Of a stretch of DNA of 64,000 nucleotides, positions 19,008-28,467 are shown one piece after another. The position numbers were made by a program, and so were the translations under genes. Each line of letters begins with the position of its first letter. The first letter of the stretch is position 1. This DNA is from an uncultured Hyphomonas sp. (GTDB taxonomy: Bacteria > Pseudomonadota > Alphaproteobacteria > Caulobacterales > Hyphomonadaceae), in contig CAZXQD010000005.1 in assembly GCA_964643405.1 (NCBI GenBank), positions 297-64,296 of the forward strand, read 5' to 3'. The notes below the pieces were generated by a model that saw nothing but the letters and a program-made list of their open reading frames with translations, had not been told where the DNA came from and did not search any database.

Positions 19008-20716
19008 TCGGCTCTCCAACGGTATAGCCACGTTTCAGAGACGGGTTGGCCACCTTTAGTCAGCAAGGCGCGCAGTTCGGCAACGCTTGCATTGTCAGCG
19101 GCCAACTCGAATGTCAGCCGTGTGGTTCCGGTTTCGGGATTTCGTTTGACCACAGGGTTTTCGATCGTGCCGGCCGAGGTCGAGATGCTTGCCTCGACGC
19201 CACCGGACAAGGCTTCCTCGGAGGATGCATAGTCGATGACGAACAGTTGCCGGCGTTTGTCTGGCGTCTTGCCGGAGCGCGTTTCGGCGATCGGGATCAC
19301 GGTCGGCGTTGCTGGCGGCAGAAGGCTCCAGCGCAGGTTGTAGGATACGCCGTAGGCCTTGCCGGGCTCCCAGACGTCCGTCGGTTTCCAAAAAACCACG
19401 ATATTGTCGTTGTATTCGTTGGCCGTGGGAATCTCGATCAGTGAAAGCTCGCCAGGGCCCCAATCCGAAGTGGGCTGGACCCACACATTCGGGCGGCGAT
19501 GGTAGTCAGCCTCGACATCTGAATAGGATGCCAGATCGCGCTTGCGCTGGATCAGGCCAAAACCGCGCGGGACCTCGGTCGCCAGTACCGATATCTGAAG
19601 GGCCTGCGGATTGATCAGCGGGCGCCAGACCCATTCGCCATTTTCCATACGGACCATGAGGCCTTCTGAGTCGTGCACGGCCGGGCGGAAGTCGTCGGGT
19701 TGCTTGCGCAAGTCATGCGGCGAGAAGAAATACATCGAGGTCAGCGGCGCGATACCGACGGCCTTGATCTCGCGGCGCGGATAGAGAACCGCTTTCACTT
19801 CCGTGCGGGTTTCGGCGCCCGGCGTGATCTTGAACTCGTAGGCACCCGTGATGCTGATGCCGTCCATCACAGCGTAGACCGTCACACCGGTGGTATCTCC
19901 GGTCGGCTTGACCAGCCAGAATTCGGAGAAGTGCGGGAACTCCTCCCCTTCCGGTGAAGCCGTACCGATGGAGAGGCCGCGCGCCGAGGCGCCATAGACA
20001 GTGCCGGTACCCAGCGCGCGGAAGAAACTTGCGCCCTTGAAGCTGATCAGTTCGTCGAATTTCCCCTCCTGGTTCAGCACCGTGAGGATGCGGAAGCCGG
20101 CAAAGCCGAGCGTCTCCTTCGCTTTCTCGGGCAGCGGCAGGTCGAGGAAATTGAAATCGCGCTCTGAATAACGGCGCGCCTTCACCTTGCCTTCTTCAAC
20201 CAGATTGATCCGGATTTCCTGCGCGAAGAGATAGCCGCGCGGATCAGGCAGCACCCGGAAACCGTTGGGCGCTTCGGGCCAGACCGTTGATGCCTCTGCG
20301 TTCTGGATCCGGCGGTACTGGTCGTAGGTCAGTTCAGCGGCCGGCTTCGACAGTTCGGGCTGCACCTCGAACGGCTGCTCGGACAGCGCTTTGGCCTTGC
20401 GCTGTATATCCTCGAAGTCGAACTCGGGCGTTACGGGCAAGGACGCAATGCTGGCTCCGTCAACAGGCGCGACGGCTTCAAGTGACGCCGCGACGCCCAA
20501 GGCGCCCAGTTCGGGCGGAGAAACGCCCGTCACAATGACCTCACCGGCCGCATCCGCACCGAGGTTTTCCGGGGCGGAACAGCCTGAAAGCAGGATGATC
20601 GCCGCAAGGGCGCCCAAAACAGCCCTCGAACCGGCTTCGCGTACTTGCCGCAAACTGAACTCCTGACACTCATTGGTACCAGCGCAGACCGAGCGAACTA
20701 TGCTGCGACGCAACAA
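19004..20716 (-). CDS. opgG: Periplasmic glucan biosynthesis protein OpgG/D family
   Basis: LTYDQYRRI, FKGASFFRALG, YGASARGL, GEEFP, FRPAVHDSEGL, EYNDNIV, SETWLYRW; start uncertain; LSGC lipobox-like motif. Confidence 0.92.
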   Translation of the reverse strand: MLRRSIVRSVCAGTNECQEFSLRQVREAGSRAVLGALAAIILLSGCSAPENLGADAAGEVIVTGVSPPELGALGVAASLEAVAPVDGASIASLPVTPEFDFEDIQRKAKALSEQPFEVQPELSKPAAELTYDQYRRIQNAEASTVWPEAPNGFRVLPDPRGYLFAQEIRINLVEEGKVKARRYSERDFNFLDLPLPEKAKETLGFAGFRILTVLNQEGKFDELISFKGASFFRALGTGTVYGASARGLSIGTASPEGEEFPHFSEFWLVKPTGDTTGVTVYAVMDGISITGAYEFKITPGAETRTEVKAVLYPRREIKAVGIAPLTSMYFFSPHDLRKQPDDFRPAVHDSEGLMVRMENGEWVWRPLINPQALQISVLATEVPRGFGLIQRKRDLASYSDVEADYHRRPNVWVQPTSDWGPGELSLIEIPTANEYNDNIVVFWKPTDVWEPGKAYGVSYNLRWSLLPPATPTVIPIAETRSGKTPDKRRQLFVIDYASSEEALSGGVEASISTSAGTIENPVVKRNPETGTTRLTFELAADNASVAELRALLTKGGQPVSETWLYRWRAE

Positions 20717-20917
20717 TCCGGAACTCCTTCAACGAACAGGACTTCTAAAGGTTGCATTCTGCGATGGAATTGATCGACTTTTCCGGCGTGTCCCTTGATG
20801 AACCGTGCGGCGATTTTGTGGCCAACGCTGCCCTATTCCTGCAGATTGCATCTCAGCCGCCGCATTTGCCCGAAACTGTGCACAATCAGGTGCCGGGAGG
20901 TGGATTTTCAGCAGCGG

Positions 20918-23134
20918 CTAGCGCGCTATGCTGAGGCTGACGCCCCACATGGCCGGGCTCGACCGGAACGTATCATACCCGATGAAGCCGTAGCCCGAGA
21001 GGGCGTAGTCCTCATTGGTAAGATTGCGGCCCCAAATGGCGACTTCAGCGCCCCGGCCAATGTCCAACGCGGCACGGGCATCGACCAGCGTGATGCCGCC
21101 CTGACGCCGGTCCCCCCGGCCCTCAGGATCGAGGTAGTAGGCGCTCTGGTACTTGGCGTTGACCTCAATTGACGCCTGCCGGTCTGCGATTACGGCCCAT
21201 TCCTTGCGGATAGCCAGCGTGGCTGACACGTCCGAGGCGAAAGGCAGCGGGTTTCCGTCAAACGTCGCGGCATTCGCCGAGCCGGAGGCATCGGTACCCT
21301 GCTTGATCTCAGTATCCATGACGACCGCGCCGCCACGAACCTCAAGGCCTTCGAACGGCGTCCATACCGCTGAGAGGTCGACACCCTGCACCGTGGCGGC
21401 ATCGAGGTTTGACAGGGAATTCGACGTAATCGATCCACCGCCCGGAAGCGGGAACTGAACAAAGATGCGCGCCTGCGGATGGGCGTAGTCCTGATAGAAC
21501 GCCGCCGCCTCAACAGACATGTTGGTCGTCAGCAGGCCTTTGTATCCGATTTCATACGCGTCAACGGTTTCAGCGATGAAGAGCCCTTCGTTCTGGTAGT
21601 GCGTCACGTTATTGGCCACTTCGCCGTTGAAGCCGCCGCTCTTGTAGCCCTGCCCGAACGAGGCATAGACGACCGCCTCCTCACCGAGCCGGTAGCGCAG
21701 CGCCGCCATGCCGGTGAACCGGCTTTCGTCGATCACATTGCCGCCGACCGCGAGGCCAAGGCCCGAACGGTTGTTCAGGGCGCGCACGCCGTCGCTGTAT
21801 ATGTGTTGGCCGAACCCGTCGCCTTCGATCCGTTCGAAAGTCTGGCGCCCGCCGATTGACAGGGTCGTGCGCTCGCCAAGGGCGAAATCCGCGAGACCGT
21901 AGACTGCCCCCATACGGCGCTCCTGTTCGATGTATGTGAGCAGCGAGACAGCAGGCGCTGTTGACGCTGGCGACGGACCGACACGGGCGGGCGCACCCGG
22001 ATAAGTGCAGGTGCCGGCGAGAGTCTGCGGGTTCAGGTCGCCGCACCAGATGAGGTAATCCTGCGTGAAGTCATCCTCTGAAAGCGAGGCGCCGAGCAGC
22101 AGCGAGCCCCCTGCCCAGTTCCGCCGGCCATACAGTTCCTGGCTGACCTGCAGGTAGTCCCGGTCGTAGGAGAGGTTGGCCGTGGCGGCAGGCGTTCCGT
22201 CAAAATCAAAGCCATAGCGCTGCTGGAAGCCTTCCACGGCGGTCAGCGAGGTGATGGCCCAACCGCCGAGCTGTGTGGTGATTTCTGCGGAGGCACCGTG
22301 GAAGTCGTTGTTGGTGTCTTGAATGCCGTCGGCGCCGACCGAGATCTGGTGTTTTCCGAGGGACAAGGCGGAGTTAAGGGGCGCGGGGTTCACGCCATTG
22401 TCGGCCTCCACATGCCCACGCAGCAGCAATGTGGTGGCAGGCGACAGGCCGAGTTCCAGGGCGCCGCGCAGGCCATATTCGTCGCGCTCACCGCCCGCAG
22501 AGTCCGGTCCGCCGGGATTCTCGAGGGCGGCGTCCTGCTTCAGGTAACGGCCAGCAATCCGGCCCCTTACCCCGTCCGTAAACCGTCCACTCGCCGCCCC
22601 CTGAACGTCCAGACGGTTGAACCGTCCATAGGACACAGACGCATAGGCCTCGGGCTCCGCCGTGGGCCGGGCCGTGATGAAATTGATCGAGCCGCTCGAC
22701 GCGTTGCGCCCCTGTACCGTGCCTTGCGGCCCCTTGAGCACTTCAACACGCTCAAGGTCATAGGCGAGGAGGCTCGCCTGCACGTTGGTAGCGAGGAAGA
22801 CGCCGTCCACGCTTACGGCGGCGCCGCTGGGCGTAAGGGCTTGATGGTCAACCGCTCCAACACCGCGAATCTGGAACGTCGTCTGCGAGCCGTTCGATAT
22901 CGCCGCCTGCACACCTGAAAGATGCATGACGACATCCTCAGCACCCTCAGATCTGCGCATAACTTCGCCGGAAACAACAGCGACGCTCTGCGGCAAGTCG
23001 CGGACCGACTGGGACTGGCGGGTGGCGGTGACAACAACCACGTCGAGCCGGTCACTCGCCTGCGCGACCGCGGAGCCCCCGGCGCCCAGGGCAACGGCGG
23101 TACCTATTCCGACTAGTGCGGCGCCCAGATGCAT
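20918..23134 (-). CDS. TonB-dependent outer membrane receptor
   Basis: VVVTATR TonB box, IRGVG, LERVEVLKGPQGT plug, YKSGGFN, WGRNLTNEDY; GAGGGAG RBS. Confidence 0.93.
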   Translation of the reverse strand: MHLGAALVGIGTAVALGAGGSAVAQASDRLDVVVVTATRQSQSVRDLPQSVAVVSGEVMRRSEGAEDVVMHLSGVQAAISNGSQTTFQIRGVGAVDHQALTPSGAAVSVDGVFLATNVQASLLAYDLERVEVLKGPQGTVQGRNASSGSINFITARPTAEPEAYASVSYGRFNRLDVQGAASGRFTDGVRGRIAGRYLKQDAALENPGGPDSAGGERDEYGLRGALELGLSPATTLLLRGHVEADNGVNPAPLNSALSLGKHQISVGADGIQDTNNDFHGASAEITTQLGGWAITSLTAVEGFQQRYGFDFDGTPAATANLSYDRDYLQVSQELYGRRNWAGGSLLLGASLSEDDFTQDYLIWCGDLNPQTLAGTCTYPGAPARVGPSPASTAPAVSLLTYIEQERRMGAVYGLADFALGERTTLSIGGRQTFERIEGDGFGQHIYSDGVRALNNRSGLGLAVGGNVIDESRFTGMAALRYRLGEEAVVYASFGQGYKSGGFNGEVANNVTHYQNEGLFIAETVDAYEIGYKGLLTTNMSVEAAAFYQDYAHPQARIFVQFPLPGGGSITSNSLSNLDAATVQGVDLSAVWTPFEGLEVRGGAVVMDTEIKQGTDASGSANAATFDGNPLPFASDVSATLAIRKEWAVIADRQASIEVNAKYQSAYYLDPEGRGDRRQGGITLVDARAALDIGRGAEVAIWGRNLTNEDYALSGYGFIGYDTFRSSPAMWGVSLSIAR

Positions 23135-23310
23135 CGACTACTCCCTCAACAGCGAGCGGCTGAATGCGCGAAAGGCGCCTGCAAGGCAATCGCACCCCTA
23201 GGGAAGGCAGCTTCATGCAGCCACACCAGCGGGCTACGGACACAAGCTCATTAACACCCCCGGCGCGGCTGGAGGGTGCACAGGCCGGCGCGAAATGCTA
23301 CAGGGCGGCC

Positions 23311-24942
23311 ATGTTGCGCCTTTCTGAACTCAAGCTGCCTCTGGATCACGCCCCGGCCGACCTGCCGGCGGCCATCATCAGCCGTCTTGGAATCGAAGTG
23401 GACGACCTTGTCAGCTGGACCGTCTGGAAACGCGCACACGATGCGCGGCGCAAGTCGGCGATCCTTAAAGTTTATATCGTTGATGCCGAAGTGCGCGGCG
23501 AGGCGGCTGTCTTGCAGCGCCTGTCACGCGACCCGCATGTGAACCTGACACCGGACACGACCTACCGAGCCCCTGCACCGCCAAAGCCGGGCCGGCTGCG
23601 CCCGGTGGTCATCGGCGCGGGGCCGTGCGGTTTGTTCGCGGGACTGATCCTGGCAGAAATGGGGCTTCGTCCTATAATCCTTGATCGTGGCAAGTTCGTC
23701 CGGGAGCGGACGAAAGACACGTGGGGACTGTGGCGGCGCAGCGAGCTCAATCCTGAATCGAACGTACAGTTTGGTGAAGGTGGCGCCGGAACCTTTTCTG
23801 ACGGCAAGCTCTATAGCCAGATCAAGGACCCCCGCTTCCTCGGCCGCAAGGTCCTGACTGAATTTGTTGCCGCGGGCGCGCCGCCTGAAATCCTGACAGA
23901 AGCGCATCCGCACATTGGAACATTCCGGCTGGTGACGATGGTGGAAAGCCTGCGGGCCAAAATCGAGTCGCTTGGCGGCGAATACAGGTTTCAGCACCGG
24001 GTGACCAACGTGGAACTGGAGCGCGGCCCAGATGGCCTGCAACGCCTGCGCGGGCTGCACTTGCATACCGGCGAATTCCTCGAAGCGGATCACGTCGTGC
24101 TGGCGGTCGGCCATTCGTCGCGCGATACCTTCAAGGCCCTCTACGACAGCGGCGTATACATTGAAGCCAAGCCATTCTCGATCGGATTCCGGATCGAGCA
24201 TCCCCAATCATGGATTGACATGGCCATGTTCGGCCCTTGCGCGGGACATCCTGATCTCGGCGCGGCTGCCTACTCGCTGTCTCACCACTGCAGCAATGGC
24301 CGCACGGTTTACAGTTTCTGCATGTGTCCAGGTGGCACGGTGGTGGCGGCGGCGTCCGAGCCGGGGCGCGTTGTGACCAACGGCATGAGCCAGTATTCGC
24401 GCAATGAACGCAATGCCAATGCAGGGTTCGTGGTCGGCATTTCACCGGCAGACTATCCGAGCGATCATCCGCTTGCGGGCATCGAGCTGCAGCGCGCACT
24501 GGAAGAGCGCGCGTTCGCGGCAGGTGGCCATGACTACTTCGCGCCCGGCCAAAGGGTCGGCGACTTCCTGGCAGCCCGACCTTCTGAGACGCTGGGCCCC
24601 GTCGTTCCAAGTTACCGGCCGGGCGTTCGCCCGACAAACCTTGCGCCGCTGATGCCGGACTATGTGATCGACGCCATGCGCGAGGCCTTGCCTGTCTTCG
24701 GGCGCAAGATTCCGCGCTATGATGACCCAGACGCCTTGCTCACCGGTGTCGAGACGCGAACATCCTCACCGATCCGGATAACACGGCGTACCGATTTCCA
24801 GAGCGTAAATGTGAGTGGCCTGTTTCCGGCAGGCGAAGGCGCCGGATATGCCGGCGGCATCCTGTCTGCTGCCGTCGACGGCATCAAGGTTGCTGAAGCG
24901 GTAGCGCGCGCCATGTCGCATACCGCGGCAGTGCAGGCCTGA
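23311..24942 (+). CDS. NAD(P)/FAD-dependent oxidoreductase (uncharacterised conserved family)
   Basis: VIGAGPCG, GEGGAGTFSDGKL, YSFCMCPGG, GVETRTSSP, GEGAGYAGGI. Confidence 0.9.
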   Translation: MLRLSELKLPLDHAPADLPAAIISRLGIEVDDLVSWTVWKRAHDARRKSAILKVYIVDAEVRGEAAVLQRLSRDPHVNLTPDTTYRAPAPPKPGRLRPVVIGAGPCGLFAGLILAEMGLRPIILDRGKFVRERTKDTWGLWRRSELNPESNVQFGEGGAGTFSDGKLYSQIKDPRFLGRKVLTEFVAAGAPPEILTEAHPHIGTFRLVTMVESLRAKIESLGGEYRFQHRVTNVELERGPDGLQRLRGLHLHTGEFLEADHVVLAVGHSSRDTFKALYDSGVYIEAKPFSIGFRIEHPQSWIDMAMFGPCAGHPDLGAAAYSLSHHCSNGRTVYSFCMCPGGTVVAAASEPGRVVTNGMSQYSRNERNANAGFVVGISPADYPSDHPLAGIELQRALEERAFAAGGHDYFAPGQRVGDFLAARPSETLGPVVPSYRPGVRPTNLAPLMPDYVIDAMREALPVFGRKIPRYDDPDALLTGVETRTSSPIRITRRTDFQSVNVSGLFPAGEGAGYAGGILSAAVDGIKVAEAVARAMSHTAAVQA

Positions 24943-25548
24943 CGGCGCTGAGGCAGGCAAGGTCTCGCGCGGGAGCAATACACGTAGCAGCGTGGAGCGA
25001 AGGACCTTGGATCTGAACGGCTTCTGGACCACCGGGAGGGAGCGGAATTGCACGGGCAAGTGCTCCGATCCGTACCCGGACAGGAAAAAGAAGGGCACGC
25101 CGCGTTCGGTCAACATGTCGGTGACGGAATCAACCCGTTCACCGCGAAGGTTTCCATCGAGAATCGCGAGATCTATATCTGTTCGCCGGGCGGCCGACTG
25201 CGCATCTGCAAGCGTTGCCGCGACTTCAACGACATCTGCGCCGAGGGTTTCCAGCTCTTGCGACAGATCCAGTGCGACAAGCACCTCATCCTCGACAATC
25301 AGCACACGGAGGCCGGAGATCCCGTCGCGTATGGGCGCAGTAGTTTCCGCAGGCAACTGCTGCTCGAAGCCGGGCGAGCCAAGAAGCGAAACGCCGCCAG
25401 CAATATGAATCGTCCAGATGACGCCGTCCTTATGCCAATCGACGTCAATACGAAATCAGTCCCCAGCCGCAGAAGACAACAGCCGCAGGCCAAAGCCCTC
25501 CCGTGAGGGAGCGTTCACGGGCGGACCGCCGTCTTCCTTTTGATTTAC
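24766..25548 (-). pseudogene. Remnant of an HWE-type histidine kinase-receiver hybrid; intact receiver ORF at 25356..24766
   Basis: In frame upstream of the receiver: QKEDGGPPVNAPSREGFGLRLLSSAAGD*FRIDVDWHKDGVIWTIHI (TGA at 25456-58); receiver LIVEDE, ILDGNL, FLSGY, QKPF. Confidence 0.75.
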
Positions 25549-25809
25549 CTACAGCCGATTCACGCCGGTCCGCAGCAGCGTCGCCGCGGCGCTTTATGGC
25601 TTTTGTGCAAGACGACCCTGTCGCCCTAACGCGTAGCTGCCAGGTGGGTTCCCGGACGGACATGAAAAATCACACCTCGCTGCAGGCCGTTCCGGCAGCA
25701 TACGAAGTCTGGCTTGCGGGATTGTATATACTATCTGTTGGACGCCGGGCCGGCTCTCGCCTGCCCACTCAAAGCTGAACCGGTGGGTAGCTGGCAAAGG
25801 ACACTTGCA

Positions 25810-26826
25810 ATGCCGACGGAGATGACCACGCCGCGCTGGATCAAGCCCGAACGGGAGGGCCTGTATCTGCCGGGTGCAGATTGGTGGATAGACCCGTCGA
25901 TCCCCGTAGCGCGGGCCCTCGTGACGCACGGACATGCAGACCATGCCCGCAGCGGCCACGGTGAAGTATGGACGACGGGCGCTACGCGGGACATCATCGC
26001 GCTGCGCTATGGCGAGCCACCGCGCGGGAGAACGCCGGGCTATGGCGAAGCGTGCGAAATAGGCGACGGCATCACCGCCACCTTCCTGCCCGCCGGCCAT
26101 GTTCTGGGGTCGGCGCAGATCCTGCTGGAACGCCAGGGCGAACGGATCGTCGTGACGGGGGACTACAAGCGTAGGCCGGACCCAACCTGCCTGCCCTTCC
26201 AGCCCGCGCCGTGCGACATACTGATTACCGAAGCAACCTTCGCCCTGCCCATCTTCACTCACCCGCCCATCGAGCAAGAAATCGCGCGCCTCCTGTCGGC
26301 ACGCGCCGCCTATACTGACCGCTGCATCCTTGTCGGGGCGTATGCGCTGGGAAAGGCCCAGCGGGTGATCGCAGAACTCAGACGCGCCGGCTACAAAGAC
26401 ACCATATGGCTGCACGGCGCCATGCTGGCGATGTGCGATCTCTACATCCGTCACGGCGTAGATCTTGGAGCGCTTGCACCGGTCGCAGACACCCCGCGCG
26501 AAGCTCTCAAGGGACAGATCATCATTTGCCCACCTTCCGCGCTGAACTCCACCTGGGCTCGGCGACTTCCCGATCCGGTGAATGCCGTTGCTTCCGGATG
26601 GATGCGCGTCCGCCAGCGCGCCGTACAGCGCAATGTCGAGTTGCCGCTGGTGATTTCGGATCACTGCGACTGGAACGAACTTACAGGCACGATCCTCGAA
26701 TTGTCGCCTGCCGAGACCTGGATCACGCATGGACGGGAGGACGCGCTGCTGCACTGGTGCCAGATGCGGCAAATGCGTGCGCGGGCACTGGAGCTCGTTG
26801 GACGCGAAGAAGAGGAAGCGGCCTGA
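25810..26826 (+). CDS. Ligase-associated DNA damage response exonuclease (metallo-beta-lactamase fold)
   Basis: THGHADH, PAGHVLGSA, TGDYKR, ITEATF, YALGKAQR, ISDHCDW. Confidence 0.92.
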   Translation: MPTEMTTPRWIKPEREGLYLPGADWWIDPSIPVARALVTHGHADHARSGHGEVWTTGATRDIIALRYGEPPRGRTPGYGEACEIGDGITATFLPAGHVLGSAQILLERQGERIVVTGDYKRRPDPTCLPFQPAPCDILITEATFALPIFTHPPIEQEIARLLSARAAYTDRCILVGAYALGKAQRVIAELRRAGYKDTIWLHGAMLAMCDLYIRHGVDLGALAPVADTPREALKGQIIICPPSALNSTWARRLPDPVNAVASGWMRVRQRAVQRNVELPLVISDHCDWNELTGTILELSPAETWITHGREDALLHWCQMRQMRARALELVGREEEEAA

Positions 26827-28448
26827 TGGATCGCTTCGCCCGGCTGCTTTCAGACTTGATCTATACCCGGTCACGCAATGCGAAGCTGGCACTGCTGGCA
26901 GATTATCTTCAGGCAACTTCCGACCCAGACCGGGGATGGGCGCTTGCGGCACTGACGGGGGGCCTTAGTTTTCCGGCTGTAAAGGCAAGTGTCGTCCGGG
27001 AGCTGATCAGTGAACGGGTTGACCCCGTCCTGTTTGCCTTGTCGCGGGACTTTGTCGGGGACACCGCCGAAACCGTGAGCCTGCTCTGGCCGGAGCCGCC
27101 CACACCTTCATCGCCTCCACCCGGGGTCAGTGAAGCCGTCGCCGCATTGATGCAGGCGAACCGCACCTCGGCCAAAAGCATTCTTGCCGGTTTGCTTGAT
27201 CGCCTTGACGAAGACGGCCGGTTCGCAATCCTGAAACTCGCTACCGGCGCGTTGCGCATCGGGGTTTCCGCCCGGCTTGCGAAGACCGCCTTCGCGCAGG
27301 CTTTCTCGGTTCCTCTCGAAGAAGTGGAGGAATTGTGGCATGCACTGCACCCTCCGTACACCGATCTGTTTGACTGGGCGGCAGGCAAGGCCGCGAAGCC
27401 AGACATAGCGTCCCTGCCCGTATTCCGTCCCTTCATGCTGGCCAATCCGCTTGAAGACGAAACGGTGGATCTCGCCGATTACGTGGCGGAATGGAAATGG
27501 GACGGAATCCGTGTCCAGATCGTACATGCCGGAGGCCAGACACGGCTTTTCAGCCGCGGCGGCGAGGACATCTCAGCGGCATTTCCGGAAATTTCGTCCG
27601 CATTTGCCCTGGAAGGCGTGCTGGACGGTGAGCTTCTCGTACGCGGCACACATCAGGGTGGCGAAGCGGGCGGCGCGGCAAGCTTCAACGCGCTGCAGCA
27701 GCGGCTCGGCAGAAAGTCCGTTTCCGCAAGCCTGCTGAGTGACTACCCGGCGTTTGTCAGGCTCTACGATATCTTGATAGACGGACGCGAAGACCTCCGC
27801 TCACTACCGTGGACGGATCGGCGGGCACGGCTCGAGTCGATTTCAGACCGCCTGGATACGACGATCTTCGATGTGTCGGAACTTATCTCCGCAACCAGCT
27901 TCGACGAGTTGGCCGAGCAGCGGGCTGGCGCGCGGGACGCAGCTATCGAGGGCGTAATGCTCAAACGGCGGGACAGCCTCTATGAACCGGGCAGGAAGGC
28001 AGGGCTCTGGTACAAATGGAAACGCGATCCGCTTACAGCTGACTGCGTCCTTATGTATGCGCAGCGCGGCTCCGGCAAACGCTCCAGCTTTTACTCCGAC
28101 TATACGTTCGGTTGCTGGACCGACGATCCTGCATCCGGCGGCATACTTCTGCCCGTGGGCAAGGCTTATTCCGGCTTCAGCGATGAGGAGCTGAAATGGC
28201 TCGACAGCTTCGTGCGCCGCAACACGACCAACAGGTTTGGCCCGGTCCGTGAAGTCGAAAAATCATTGGTCCTGGAAGTCTCGTTTGATGCCATCAATCC
28301 GAGCACCCGGCACAAATCCGGCCTTGCGATGCGTTTTCCGAGGATTTCACGCATCCGCCGTGACAAGCCTGCCGCCGAGGCGGACCATATCAACACACTG
28401 CAGCGCATGATCGATACGGGCGACAAGGCCTCGCGACAACCTTCGTGA
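26826..28448 (+). CDS. ATP-dependent DNA ligase (cisplatin damage response type)
   Basis: EWKWDGIR adenylation motif, LDGEL, EGVMLK, WYKWK, AMRFPRI; TGATG coupling. Confidence 0.94.
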   Translation: MDRFARLLSDLIYTRSRNAKLALLADYLQATSDPDRGWALAALTGGLSFPAVKASVVRELISERVDPVLFALSRDFVGDTAETVSLLWPEPPTPSSPPPGVSEAVAALMQANRTSAKSILAGLLDRLDEDGRFAILKLATGALRIGVSARLAKTAFAQAFSVPLEEVEELWHALHPPYTDLFDWAAGKAAKPDIASLPVFRPFMLANPLEDETVDLADYVAEWKWDGIRVQIVHAGGQTRLFSRGGEDISAAFPEISSAFALEGVLDGELLVRGTHQGGEAGGAASFNALQQRLGRKSVSASLLSDYPAFVRLYDILIDGREDLRSLPWTDRRARLESISDRLDTTIFDVSELISATSFDELAEQRAGARDAAIEGVMLKRRDSLYEPGRKAGLWYKWKRDPLTADCVLMYAQRGSGKRSSFYSDYTFGCWTDDPASGGILLPVGKAYSGFSDEELKWLDSFVRRNTTNRFGPVREVEKSLVLEVSFDAINPSTRHKSGLAMRFPRISRIRRDKPAAEADHINTLQRMIDTGDKASRQPS

Positions 28449-28467
28449 GTTCACTTTTGCAGGCCGC

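Noticed and set aside
23135..23260. Possible TPP or cobalamin riboswitch before the TonB-dependent receptor (contains TAGGGGTGC)
   Set aside because: Lacks the CTGAGA core and a B12 box; the region also serves as a divergent promoter. An Rfam scan would settle it.
25810..28448. Exonuclease + ligase without Lhr helicase and phosphoesterase, as a novel system
   Set aside because: Known four-gene repair system that is often split into two loci.
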